Assembly (NCBI GenBank): GCA_964474995.1
Contig: CAYYUY010000001.1
Coordinates: 18,123-82,122, forward strand
Direction: 5' to 3'
DNA: 64,000 nt
DNA from: an uncultured Candidatus Saccharibacteria bacterium
GTDB taxonomy: Bacteria; Patescibacteriota; Saccharimonadia; Saccharimonadales; JALRHH01
In this document: in pieces, positions 54,401 to 63,946 of the stretch
How positions within the stretch are numbered: position 1 is the stretch's first letter
Layout: the number at the start of each line of letters is the position of its first letter
Program-made: the position numbers and the translations under genes
The notes under the pieces: model-generated
Told to the model about the DNA's origin: nothing
Databases searched by the model: none
The model's input: only the letters and a program-made list of their open reading frames with translations

Positions 54401-55651
54401 ATGACACGAGTACTAGCCGAACTACTCCACGCAGATGAGCCGCTCTTTTCTATGGCCCTGCATCGACTTGAGCAGGCGAGTGGCAACCCGAGTATTGATG
54501 TCCGATTGACCGCCGAAATTGTGGGTAAGATACAGCATAAGCTACGTGCACTAGGACTTGATCCAAAAGACACAACCGGCAAAGAACTGTACCAAGCTCT
54601 GTTTAACCTCGTCAAACTACATGATGGATTTTTGGCAAAACGAATTGGTGCCAAGGACCCGACCGATGTCCATGACGTGTTGACCAAAATAAAGGCAACT
54701 GTCGAAGGTCTCGACATCCCCAAACACGCGTGGGTGGTCAAGCATAGCGTGGCGAAGCGTCTCCTGAAGGCAACACCACCAAAGCACGTTATGAAGCAGC
54801 TCGGCTATCGCTCGATTGACTCACTGCTGAAGCGTGAAGACGTTGCTGAGATAATTGGTGCTACCAGGTTTCTTGAGACAATACAGTGGCAGCAGTCCTT
54901 CATCCAGAAGTACAAGAAACTGCGCCCAACTGACTTTGAGACACGAGATATTGAAATTATTGTGCTTGACCCAAAGCGTTGGGGTGAACCTACTAAACAG
55001 CACGTGGGCGAGAAGCGGCACAACATCACGCATCTCAAGGAGCTTGGTGCGATTATTGTGCTACCGATGCCCGTAACGCATATGCCTGGTGTTAGTATCA
55101 CGTCGTTGCCCCTGTTGATTCACTATATTAACGAAATACGACTTTACAGTGCGTTTTTCAAAATGCATCAGGTACGTGCTGATTTCAGTGAATTGTTTGT
55201 TATGACACTGACGGATGACCCGGCTGATCATGCAGTATTAGCGGGGCAGCCAATACACTGGCGGGTTATTCAGCGTTATTTTGGACGTGTCGAGGCCGAG
55301 CACCACCCGGAGATATTCCAGCCTCATATCCAGCCCGAGGATCTGCACTGGAGAAAAGCCGAAGAGGTGCTGTACACACTAGAGCCTGCACTGCACTTTT
55401 GGCATGATATGGACTTTGTTGGGATGGTCCGTACGGACAGGCCAATTTCATTCAATTTACTAGATATGGCCGTCAGCTATGTCAACGATCTGCCATACGG
55501 AGAACAGGCGGTGTATCATTTCCGTGATGCTCTGTGGAATGAGCTTTATATGCGATACATGGGCGAACCTGTACTTGAGGACCAGATTTTGAAACAATTA
55601 GATAACGAAGGACTTGATCCAATGACGACTGACATAATGGGAGAATTTTAG
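54401..55651 (+). CDS. Hypothetical protein (416 aa), no recognisable family
   Basis: Long ORF directly abutting the next gene (TAG then ATG). No P-loop, HExxH or other motif I can name. Confidence 0.65.
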   Translation: MTRVLAELLHADEPLFSMALHRLEQASGNPSIDVRLTAEIVGKIQHKLRALGLDPKDTTGKELYQALFNLVKLHDGFLAKRIGAKDPTDVHDVLTKIKATVEGLDIPKHAWVVKHSVAKRLLKATPPKHVMKQLGYRSIDSLLKREDVAEIIGATRFLETIQWQQSFIQKYKKLRPTDFETRDIEIIVLDPKRWGEPTKQHVGEKRHNITHLKELGAIIVLPMPVTHMPGVSITSLPLLIHYINEIRLYSAFFKMHQVRADFSELFVMTLTDDPADHAVLAGQPIHWRVIQRYFGRVEAEHHPEIFQPHIQPEDLHWRKAEEVLYTLEPALHFWHDMDFVGMVRTDRPISFNLLDMAVSYVNDLPYGEQAVYHFRDALWNELYMRYMGEPVLEDQILKQLDNEGLDPMTTDIMGEF

Positions 55652-56245
55652 ATGTATCAAATCTGTGTATCAGGGGCTGCTAAAGGTAAAAGCGTTGAAC
55701 TAGCGCGCGTACAAGCCGAAGCAGTTGGTCGGGCAATAGCCAAAGCTGGACACAGTCTGTTAACTGGTGCCACGGTTGGACTTCCAAACTACGCTGCCGA
55801 GGCCTACAAAGCTGCTGGTGGCAAAATGAGCGTAGGCATCAGCCCGGCTGCGAGCAAAATTGAACACCTTATGAAGTACCGGCTACCAACAGAGGCATAC
55901 GATGTCATTCTCTACACAGGGCTTCACTATATTGGCCGAGATACGTTACTGGTGACTTCAAGTGATGCCGTGGTGAGCCTTGGCGGCCGCCTTGGGACGC
56001 TTCATGAATTTACGATTGCTATGGAATCACACATTCCAATTGGGTTTATGGAAGGCACTGGAGGTGTCGGCGATGAGATTCACAATATTTTAGCGGCTGC
56101 CGGTGAAGAAAACACCGGGCGTGTGTTCTTCGACGCTGATGCCGAAGCGTTGGTTACTGCATTGACGACTCGTCTTGACCAATCTCAGGACGAATACTAC
56201 GTGGGTCGGGCAGAACGAATTGCCAATAACGCTAACAAAAAATAA
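55652..56245 (+). CDS. LOG/SLOG-superfamily Rossmann protein (TIGR00725-like)
   Basis: CVSGAAKG ... LLTGATVGLPNYAAE ... SLGGRLGTLHEF parallels the LOG-family GGGxxGxM / PGGxGTxxE motifs. Confidence 0.68.
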   Translation: MYQICVSGAAKGKSVELARVQAEAVGRAIAKAGHSLLTGATVGLPNYAAEAYKAAGGKMSVGISPAASKIEHLMKYRLPTEAYDVILYTGLHYIGRDTLLVTSSDAVVSLGGRLGTLHEFTIAMESHIPIGFMEGTGGVGDEIHNILAAAGEENTGRVFFDADAEALVTALTTRLDQSQDEYYVGRAERIANNANKK

Positions 56246-56285
56246 GCCCTATATTACCCCGAGAACACCGGAAGTCTCAGAGTCT

Positions 56286-56294
56286 TGATACAAT
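56286..56294 (+). promoter_or_regulatory. Extended -10 TGATACAAT, 6 nt upstream of ATG 56301 (uvrB)
   Basis: TGATACAAT-GTAGTG-ATG. Confidence 0.6.
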
Positions 56295-56300
56295 GTAGTG

Positions 56301-58265
56301 ATGAGTAAGTTCGAGTTAACATCTGACTACAAACCAACTGGCGATCAACCGGCTGCTATAAAGCAGCTTACTGAAGGTTTGTTGGCTGGTGAAAAAGAGC
56401 AAACGCTACTGGGTGTTACTGGTTCAGGTAAGACGTTTACTATGGCCAATTTGGTTCAGAATATACAGCGTCCAACGCTTGTACTGAGCCACAACAAAAC
56501 GCTTGCCGCACAACTTTACAATGAGTTTAAACAATTCTTTCCGAATAACGCCGTTCATTATTTTGTCAGTTACTTCGATTATTACCAGCCGGAAGCATAT
56601 ATTGCTCGCTCGGACACGTTCATTGAAAAGGATAGCCAGATCAATGAAGAGATTGATCGACTTCGTCACGCTGCTACAGACGCTTTGTTGAGTCGCAAGG
56701 ACGTGCTAATCGTTGCGAGTGTCAGCTGTATTTACGGTATTGGTTCGGTTGAGGACTACAACGGACTGTCAGTTACATTAGAACGTGGTGAGCGTCGGGT
56801 TCGTGACAAATTGCTTCGACAACTGACAGATATTCAGTATCAACGTAATGATATTGACTTCCATCGTGGTACATTCCGCGTTCGTGGCGATGTAGTTGAT
56901 ATTTTCCCAGCCTCAGAAGAGGTCGCTTACCGTGTCGAATTCTTCGGCGATGATATCGATCGTCTCACGAAGCTTGACCCACTAACGGGTGAAGTATTGG
57001 CAAATCTCGATACCATTAAGGTATTTCCGAGTAGCCACTACGTCACACCGCAGGAAAAACTCAAACAAGCTCTCGGCAAGATTGAAGGTGAACTCGACGT
57101 GCGTTTGAAGGAATTCAAAGGCCAGGGCAAATTGGTTGAGGCCCAGCGCCTAGACCAACGTACTAAGTTTGACCTTGAAATGATGGAGCAAACAGGCTTT
57201 GTGAAAGGAATAGAGAACTATAGCCGTTATCTTACCAATCGTGAGCCAGGCGAGCAGCCAGCCACATTACTCGATTATTTCCCGGACGATTATTTGCTGC
57301 TAATTGATGAATCACATATGACATTGCCACAGATTCGTGGCATGTATAACGGCGATCGTGCCCGCAAAGAAGTACTTGTTGAGCATGGTTTTCGGTTACC
57401 CAGTGCACTTGATAACCGTCCGCTGACTTTCACAGAGTATGAAAAGCACGTCAATCAGGTAGTCTATGTATCGGCGACGCCAGCGGCGTACGAACTTAGT
57501 CGCAGCAGTGAGCCGGCGCAGCAGGTCATTCGCCCGACTGGTTTGATTGATCCCAAGATAGAGGTCCGGAAAATCGATGGTCAAATTGACGATCTACTTG
57601 GTGAAATCCGTGCGACAATCGCCAAGCGGCAACGTGTATTGATAACGACACTTACAAAACGTATGTCAGAGGACTTAACCGACTACCTAAAAGAAATCGA
57701 CATTAAAGTCACCTATCTTCACAGTGACGTTGATACGCTCGACCGAACAGATATTTTACGCGACTTGCGGCTGGGTATTTACGATGTGGTTGTTGGTATC
57801 AATTTGCTTCGTGAGGGTTTAGACCTACCAGAAGTCAGTCTGGTGGCGATCTTAGATGCCGACAAAGAAGGTTTCCTGCGCAGTGAACAAGCGCTGATTC
57901 AGACCGTTGGACGTGCTGCTCGTCATGTTGAAGGCCGAGTCATTATGTATGCAGACAAAATCACTGGTAGTATGCAGCGAACCATCGATGAAACCAATCG
58001 TCGTCGTGCTATTCAGAAAGCACACAACAAAAAACATGGCATCACCGCAACCGGCATCAGCAAATCCATTGAGAAGGGCATGCGTCCTGACTTGCCAGAA
58101 GATGCCAAAACGGCCAAACTCAATCTCAAGAAAATTCCAAAAGACGAATACAAGAATTTGATAAAAGAACTTTCAGGTCAGATGGACCTCGCTTCTGCTA
58201 ATCTAGAATTCGAAAAAGCCGCCGAACTCCGGGATATCATCGCTGATATCAAATCAAAGATGTAA
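56301..58265 (+). CDS. uvrB: Excinuclease ABC subunit B
   Basis: GVTGSGKTF Walker A, DESH box ([12 protein letters not shown]), helicase motifs and the C-terminal UVR domain ([11 protein letters not shown]). I chose ATG 56301 because TGATACAAT lies 6 nt upstream. Confidence 0.94.
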   Translation: MSKFELTSDYKPTGDQPAAIKQLTEGLLAGEKEQTLLGVTGSGKTFTMANLVQNIQRPTLVLSHNKTLAAQLYNEFKQFFPNNAVHYFVSYFDYYQPEAYIARSDTFIEKDSQINEEIDRLRHAATDALLSRKDVLIVASVSCIYGIGSVEDYNGLSVTLERGERRVRDKLLRQLTDIQYQRNDIDFHRGTFRVRGDVVDIFPASEEVAYRVEFFGDDIDRLTKLDPLTGEVLANLDTIKVFPSSHYVTPQEKLKQALGKIEGELDVRLKEFKGQGKLVEAQRLDQRTKFDLEMMEQTGFVKGIENYSRYLTNREPGEQPATLLDYFPDDYLLLIDESHMTLPQIRGMYNGDRARKEVLVEHGFRLPSALDNRPLTFTEYEKHVNQVVYVSATPAAYELSRSSEPAQQVIRPTGLIDPKIEVRKIDGQIDDLLGEIRATIAKRQRVLITTLTKRMSEDLTDYLKEIDIKVTYLHSDVDTLDRTDILRDLRLGIYDVVVGINLLREGLDLPEVSLVAILDADKEGFLRSEQALIQTVGRAARHVEGRVIMYADKITGSMQRTIDETNRRRAIQKAHNKKHGITATGISKSIEKGMRPDLPEDAKTAKLNLKKIPKDEYKNLIKELSGQMDLASANLEFEKAAELRDIIADIKSKM

Positions 58266-58266
58266 T

Positions 58267-59250
58267 CTAGGAAACGGCGTCAGAGACGGTTGGGTTGGCA
58301 AGTGTCAGGCGGCGTGTCTGATTGAGCTCAATCGATCCTGTCGTTATGTCACCTGCATGTGATTCTGGGGCAATGAGTGGATAGCAATGTGTGGCCTTGG
58401 GGATGATGATATGCCGATCAAACAGGTAACCACTGTGCGCAAGTACGTCTGTAGGGCGAAAGAACCCATCTTTTCCATAGAGGTATGAGTTAATCAGAAC
58501 TCCCTGATCCTTGGCTTTCTCAAAGTCTGGCCGGCTATCCTCGACGGCAGTTACCAAGCCTTCACGGAGGAGTTGCAGAAGATTGCGCCCAATATGAATC
58601 ACCTCGGCTTCAAGCGTTCCAGGAGGGGTGTTCTCAAGTAATGTCTTGCTATTTGGTATGACTTCAAAGGCACCAACCTTCAGGAGCCTGCCAATCATGC
58701 CAAATAGTTGATTAGCATCATGCATACCAGCACCACCAAGTGCATTGTGCGATCTGATGAGTGTACCCTTTTCAGCTGCAAATTTAGCTGATATCGAGTT
58801 GCCCATCGAGTGGCCAATCGTATCAATTTGTTCAAAGTCTAACACGGCTCGAGCTGCTTTGGTTGCTGCATAGGCAGCTTTAGCTTGCTCAGCCAGCGGC
58901 TCACGAAATATATTTTGGCGTCGGTCGGTGCTATAACGGATAACGTCGCGCCCATTCAACGCTAGATGATGCGCAAAGTTGCCATATGCCTTAGGATGGC
59001 CAGTATAGCCTGGGATGAGTACCATTGGTATTTCATCAGTAGGATGAGGCGCACGCGTAATTTCGACTTTTACCGCGACGTGGCCGACATTTGTTTCGAG
59101 CCTTGTAGTCCGCGGTAGCTCCTCTCCAAAATAAAAATCCTCAGCGACATTTGGCTGAGGATTTAAGTCAGTGACAAGCTGCATTTGTGCAGCGCGACAT
59201 TCCATAGAATCTATGACTCTAGCGGGTCCAATGTTGTGTATAACAGACAT
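58267..59250 (-). CDS. Alpha/beta hydrolase fold protein
   Basis: Nucleophile elbow GHSMGN. GGAGAA SD upstream. Confidence 0.72.
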   Translation of the reverse strand: MSVIHNIGPARVIDSMECRAAQMQLVTDLNPQPNVAEDFYFGEELPRTTRLETNVGHVAVKVEITRAPHPTDEIPMVLIPGYTGHPKAYGNFAHHLALNGRDVIRYSTDRRQNIFREPLAEQAKAAYAATKAARAVLDFEQIDTIGHSMGNSISAKFAAEKGTLIRSHNALGGAGMHDANQLFGMIGRLLKVGAFEVIPNSKTLLENTPPGTLEAEVIHIGRNLLQLLREGLVTAVEDSRPDFEKAKDQGVLINSYLYGKDGFFRPTDVLAHSGYLFDRHIIIPKATHCYPLIAPESHAGDITTGSIELNQTRRLTLANPTVSDAVS

Positions 59251-59399
59251 TTTTTGTTCTCCAGTTGTACCTGAAATTAAAGCTTAAGGTCAATGTAGTC
59301 CTATTCTGTATACATGTAAAGCACATTTTGTATCGTTTTGTTCAAATTATTACAAACCCCAGAGGGTTCATTATCACGGTAGTTACTCTCGGTGGGCTC

Positions 59400-59408
59400 T
59401 GCTATACT
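59400..59408 (+). promoter_or_regulatory. Extended -10 TGCTATACT, 7 nt upstream of ATG 59416 (gatC)
   Basis: TGCTATACT-GGAGTAA-ATG. The GGAG is only 3 nt from the ATG, too close to act as an SD. Confidence 0.6.
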
Positions 59409-59415
59409 GGAGTAA

Positions 59416-59709
59416 ATGACGAAGTTGTCCCGCGAAGATGTATTGAGATTGGCCCAATTAGCCCGCGTTGGTTTAACCGACGATGAGGTTACGGAGTTCA
59501 GTAATGAGCTGACTGCCATATTGCAGTACGTGGAGCAGCTCGCAGACGTCGATGTTTCTGGCTTGCAGCCAACGAGCCAGGTTACAGGGCTTACTAATGT
59601 TACTCGTGCCGACGAAATCAAAACATATGGTTATGATACTGAAGTACTCCTAAAGAACGTGCCAACGGTAGAGGGCAATCAAATCAAAGTCAAAAGGATG
59701 ATTGGTTAA
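59416..59709 (+). CDS. gatC: Asp/Glu-tRNA(Asn/Gln) amidotransferase subunit C
   Basis: LSREDVLRLAQLARVGLTDDEV ... QPTSQV is the typical GatC pattern. First gene of gatCAB. Confidence 0.9.
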   Translation: MTKLSREDVLRLAQLARVGLTDDEVTEFSNELTAILQYVEQLADVDVSGLQPTSQVTGLTNVTRADEIKTYGYDTEVLLKNVPTVEGNQIKVKRMIG

Positions 59710-61134
59710 ATGTCGGTCTGGCCATCGATTACCGCTATTGCTGCGAGTGTACAAGCTGGTGAGCAAACAGCCGCCGCCTTAGTCGAACAGTCACTGCAGC
59801 TGATTGATGACAATAGTTCATTCAACTCGATTATTGCCACAACCGAATCTAGGGCCCGCGAACGTGCTGCGGCTATTGATGCCCGTATCGCAGCTGGTGA
59901 GCAGGTTGGACGGCTTGCAGGCGTACCATTTATCGCCAAGGACAACTTCTTGGTGTTTGGTGCCGAAACGACTGCCGCAAGTAATATTCTCAAGGGTTTT
60001 AACGCACCATATCAGTCAACAGCCATTGAACGACTAGAAGCTGAAGGTGCTATTTGTGTAGCCAAAGCTAATCTTGACGCTTTTGCGCACGGTAGTAGCA
60101 CCGAAAACTCAGATGTATTTACGACCAAGAATCCACATGATGAAACGCGCGTTCCGGGTGGTTCTTCTGGTGGTTCGGCCGCAGCGGTTGTCCTGGATCT
60201 CGCGCCATTTGCACTTGGAACAGATACTGGCGGCTCAATTCGTTTGCCAGCCAGCTTTACGGGCTGTGTTGGGTACAAGCCGACCTATGGTCTCGTTAGT
60301 CGCAGTGGCGTGGTTGCTATGGCTAGTAGTACTGATGTGATTGGTCCGCTGGCTCGAACCGTTGAAGATGCCGCGGTGGTATTGGATGTCATGAGTGGCC
60401 AGGATGAACTCGATAGTACGACAATTGCACGCGACGAGCAGAGCTACGTACCTGTAGCTGGCGACCTGAACGGCAAGAAAATCGGCGTCATCAAAGAGTA
60501 CATGAGCGAAGGCTTGGATGCTAACGTGAAGGCCCAGATCGAAGCATCTATCGAAAAGCTCAAGGCAGCCGGTGCGGAAATCACTGAAGTTAGCTTGCCG
60601 TCACTGCCACTTGCGCTGGCGGTTTACTACATTATTTGCCCGGCAGAAATCAGTAGCAACCTTAGTCGTTATGATGGCCAGCGCTATGGATACTCATATG
60701 ATCAAGCAAGCAGCCTCGATGAAAGCTATACAAAATCTCGCGAAACTGGATTTGGCAAGGAGGCCAAGCGCCGTATTATCATCGGTACGTATGTATTATC
60801 AAGTGGCTACTACGATGCGTATTATAAGCAAGCGCAGACAGTTCGTACCAAGCTTATCAATGAGTTCGCACAGGCATTCGAACAAGTTGATTTCTTGCTT
60901 GGTCCAACGGCTCCCGAAGTTGCCTTCAAAATCGGTGAAAATTCAGAAGACCCGCTCAAAATGTATCTGACTGACATCATGACGGTGGCAGTGAACTTGG
61001 TCGGCGCGCCGGCCATCAGTATTCCTGCAGGTTTAGTCGAAGGTTTACCAGTTGGCCTACAGCTGATTGCACCACAACGAGCTGACCGTGAATTGTTGGC
61101 CGTTGCGCAGGCCAGTGAGGCGGTAATTTCATGA
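59710..61134 (+). CDS. gatA: Asp/Glu-tRNA(Asn/Gln) amidotransferase subunit A
   Basis: Amidase signature GGSSGGSAAAV ... GTDTGGSIRLPAS. Confidence 0.93.
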   Translation: MSVWPSITAIAASVQAGEQTAAALVEQSLQLIDDNSSFNSIIATTESRARERAAAIDARIAAGEQVGRLAGVPFIAKDNFLVFGAETTAASNILKGFNAPYQSTAIERLEAEGAICVAKANLDAFAHGSSTENSDVFTTKNPHDETRVPGGSSGGSAAAVVLDLAPFALGTDTGGSIRLPASFTGCVGYKPTYGLVSRSGVVAMASSTDVIGPLARTVEDAAVVLDVMSGQDELDSTTIARDEQSYVPVAGDLNGKKIGVIKEYMSEGLDANVKAQIEASIEKLKAAGAEITEVSLPSLPLALAVYYIICPAEISSNLSRYDGQRYGYSYDQASSLDESYTKSRETGFGKEAKRRIIIGTYVLSSGYYDAYYKQAQTVRTKLINEFAQAFEQVDFLLGPTAPEVAFKIGENSEDPLKMYLTDIMTVAVNLVGAPAISIPAGLVEGLPVGLQLIAPQRADRELLAVAQASEAVIS

Positions 61135-61586
61135 GTGTAGAGACTATTATTTCTGTTGCCGTTATTGTGATCATTGTGTTCTGCGTCGCGACACTTGTCT
61201 ATCGTCGCATCCCGAAGAAACTAAAAGTCGACGAATTCACCCACGACTGGCGCGAACTACAGGCACTTTGTAAGGACAAGGCTACATGGCCCGATGCAAT
61301 CACCAAAGCAGATGTCCTCCTAAATAAGGCCCTCAAACGCCGCAAATACAAAGGCAAATCAATGGGTGAGCGAATGGTTTCTGCGCAGCACACGTTCACA
61401 AACAACGACGATTTGTGGTTTGCACACAACTTTTACAAGAAAGTTTTGGCTGACCCTGCAATGAAGCTCAAAGATATTGATGTCAAAGATGCGCTGGTTG
61501 GTTTTCGGCAGGCACTCAAAGACCTTGGCGCATTTGATGACGGCAAAGACAAAGATGTGCCAAAAAATGAAGAGACTTCATCATGA
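61131..61586 (+). CDS. Hypothetical N-terminally anchored membrane protein (151 aa) nested in gatCAB
   Basis: One N-terminal TM (IISVAVIVIIVFCVATLVY), then a Lys-rich helical domain. ATGA overlaps with gatA and gatB. Confidence 0.6.
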   Translation: MSVETIISVAVIVIIVFCVATLVYRRIPKKLKVDEFTHDWRELQALCKDKATWPDAITKADVLLNKALKRRKYKGKSMGERMVSAQHTFTNNDDLWFAHNFYKKVLADPAMKLKDIDVKDALVGFRQALKDLGAFDDGKDKDVPKNEETSS

Positions 61587-63028
61587 GCATAACTCCTGAA
61601 ATCCGCAACCAGTACACCGTCACTATTGGTATTGAGTGTCATGTGCAGCTCAAGACTAAGACCAAACTATTTAGCGGTGCAGATAATGACGCCCGCGAAG
61701 CAGCCCCAAACACCCTGGTAAACCATATTGATTTTGGTTTGCCTGGTGCATTGCCGGTGCTCAACGCCGAAGCAGTACCCTTGGCAGCTCGTGCAGCCTT
61801 TGCGCTTGGAAGTGTGCCACAAAAGTTCAGCAAGTTTGACCGCAAACATTATTTTTACCCAGATCTGCCAATGGGTTATCAGATTACACAGTTTGACGAG
61901 CCAATTATCCTTGGCGGTGAAGTTTCATTTTTGGTTGATGGTGTGGTCAAAAAAGTTGGCATTACTCGTGCACACCTTGAGGCTGATGCTGGTAAATCAA
62001 CACATCCTGCAGGTCAGAACTACAGCCTTGTAGACCTCAACCGTGCCGGTACGCCGCTCCTCGAGATTGTTAGTGAGCCTGATATGCACTCTGCTGCAGA
62101 AGCCAAAGCCTATGCCCGCGAGCTGTATATCCGCATGAAATATGCTGACGTCTCGGAAGCCAATCTGTACTACGGCAATATGCGTTTTGACGTCAACGTA
62201 AGTGTCAGTAAAACAGCCGAAATGGGTACGCGTACTGAGACCAAGAATCTCAACTCGTTTAAGTCTGTTGAGAAGGCTGTTGATTACGAGGTTATCCGTC
62301 AGATTCAGGAACTCGAAAAGGGCAATCCAATTTTGCAGGAAACGCGTGGCTGGGATGACACCAAGCAGAGTACGTTTAGTCAGCGAACCAAAGAAGACGC
62401 GCACGACTATCGTTATTTCCCTGATCCTGACCTCCCCCCTGTTGTCGTGACTGATGAATTTATTGCCCAGGCGAAGGCGGATATGCCTGCATTACCTGAT
62501 GATTATCGTCGTAAATTTGCTGATATTGGTATTGATACGTTTGTGATTGAAGACATCATTGCCGTACCAGAGACAGCCAAGACAGTTGCTCGTATACTCG
62601 ACGCGAGCAGCCCCGAACATGCGCGCCGTGTGGCATTTTGGTTGATGCAGCCAAATATGGAAGATGCTGACACCGAGTCAACGGCTTCAAAGGCCACAGA
62701 CGGCGCACTTATTCAACTTTCAGAGCTCGTATCTGCCAGTAAGCTTAGCTCAACTGCAGCCAAGGAAGTCCTGGCTGAACTACTCCAGAATGGTGGCGAC
62801 CCAGAAGAAATTGCGACTGCCAAGAATCTTATCCAGGAATCTGACGAAGGCGCGATCGCTGAAATTGTATCCAAAGTCTTAACCGACAATCCAAAAGCTG
62901 CCGAAGATGTGAAGAACGGTGAAATGAAAGCCATTGGCTTCCTGACCGGTCAAGTTATGAAATTATCCCAGGGCAAGGCCAACCCAGCGCTTGCGCAGAG
63001 TCTGATCAAAAAACAACTAGGAGTCTAG
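61583..63028 (+). CDS. gatB: Asp/Glu-tRNA(Asn/Gln) amidotransferase subunit B
   Basis: IGIECHVQL, HLEADAGK, NLNSFKSVEKA and the C-terminal YqeY-like domain. Confidence 0.93.
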   Translation: MSITPEIRNQYTVTIGIECHVQLKTKTKLFSGADNDAREAAPNTLVNHIDFGLPGALPVLNAEAVPLAARAAFALGSVPQKFSKFDRKHYFYPDLPMGYQITQFDEPIILGGEVSFLVDGVVKKVGITRAHLEADAGKSTHPAGQNYSLVDLNRAGTPLLEIVSEPDMHSAAEAKAYARELYIRMKYADVSEANLYYGNMRFDVNVSVSKTAEMGTRTETKNLNSFKSVEKAVDYEVIRQIQELEKGNPILQETRGWDDTKQSTFSQRTKEDAHDYRYFPDPDLPPVVVTDEFIAQAKADMPALPDDYRRKFADIGIDTFVIEDIIAVPETAKTVARILDASSPEHARRVAFWLMQPNMEDADTESTASKATDGALIQLSELVSASKLSSTAAKEVLAELLQNGGDPEEIATAKNLIQESDEGAIAEIVSKVLTDNPKAAEDVKNGEMKAIGFLTGQVMKLSQGKANPALAQSLIKKQLGV

Positions 63029-63030
63029 TC

Positions 63031-63930
63031 ATGGAAACAAAGAAAGTTCGAAAAGCAGTCATTGCGGCTGCAGGCTTTGGTACGAGGTTTTTGCCGCAGA
63101 CGAAGGCTATGCCGAAGGAAATGCTTCCGCTCGTCGATAAGCCAATCATTCAATACATCGTCGAGGAACTTGTGGACGCTGGTATTGAAGATATCGTGAT
63201 CGTGACGGGCTATCATAAGCGTGCAATTGAAGACCACTTTGATGATATCAGCGAAGATTTGCGACAAAATCTCATTCAAGGCGGCAAAGATACGATCTTG
63301 GAAGACGTGCAGAAGGTGTCTAATCTCGCAAACTTTGCCTATATTCGCCAAAAGGGTCCGTACGGCAACGCCACACCGATTCTTAATGCAGCCCATCTCA
63401 TCGGGGATGAACCGTTTATCTATACGTTTGCTGATGACTTTGTAGTTGCCAATCCTGTATCACGCTTCAAGCAGATGATGGAAGTTTATGAACGTACTGG
63501 CGCCAACGTCCTGACATGTATCAAAGTTCACAAGGATGAAGACTTCAGACGCTACGGCATCGTCGCTGGCGAAGTCCAAGATGACGGCCTTTTTAAGATG
63601 AGCACCATTATCGAGAAACCAGGCAAAGAAAATGCCCCGAGCGATCTCGCAAGTGTCAGCGGCTACATATTCAATCCAGAACTGTTTCATTATCTCCAAG
63701 AAGCCAAAGAAACATTGGTGGCTGGCGAAGAGTTTATACAGCAACCGTCAATGCAACGTATGATCAACGATGGCCATACGTTCTACGGACTTGAGATTCA
63801 AAATGGCAAATACTACGATACTGGTAATAAGCTTGAATACTTAAAAACAGTCGTTGATTTTGCACTTGAGCACGATGACCTGAAAGATGATTTTTTAGCC
63901 CACTTACGAGAAGTTGTGGATAAGAGTTAG
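63031..63930 (+). CDS. galU: UTP--glucose-1-phosphate uridylyltransferase
   Basis: KAVIAAAGFGTRFLPQTKAMPKEMLPLVDKPIIQY is the canonical GalU N-terminus. Confidence 0.92.
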   Translation: METKKVRKAVIAAAGFGTRFLPQTKAMPKEMLPLVDKPIIQYIVEELVDAGIEDIVIVTGYHKRAIEDHFDDISEDLRQNLIQGGKDTILEDVQKVSNLANFAYIRQKGPYGNATPILNAAHLIGDEPFIYTFADDFVVANPVSRFKQMMEVYERTGANVLTCIKVHKDEDFRRYGIVAGEVQDDGLFKMSTIIEKPGKENAPSDLASVSGYIFNPELFHYLQEAKETLVAGEEFIQQPSMQRMINDGHTFYGLEIQNGKYYDTGNKLEYLKTVVDFALEHDDLKDDFLAHLREVVDKS

Positions 63931-63939
63931 TGGTATACT
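63931..63939 (+). promoter_or_regulatory. Extended -10 TGGTATACT, 7 nt upstream of ATG 63947
   Basis: TGGTATACT-ACATACT-ATG. The same 9-mer occurs at 35523-35531, 12 nt upstream of the pheS ATG. Confidence 0.5.
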
Positions 63940-63946
63940 ACATACT

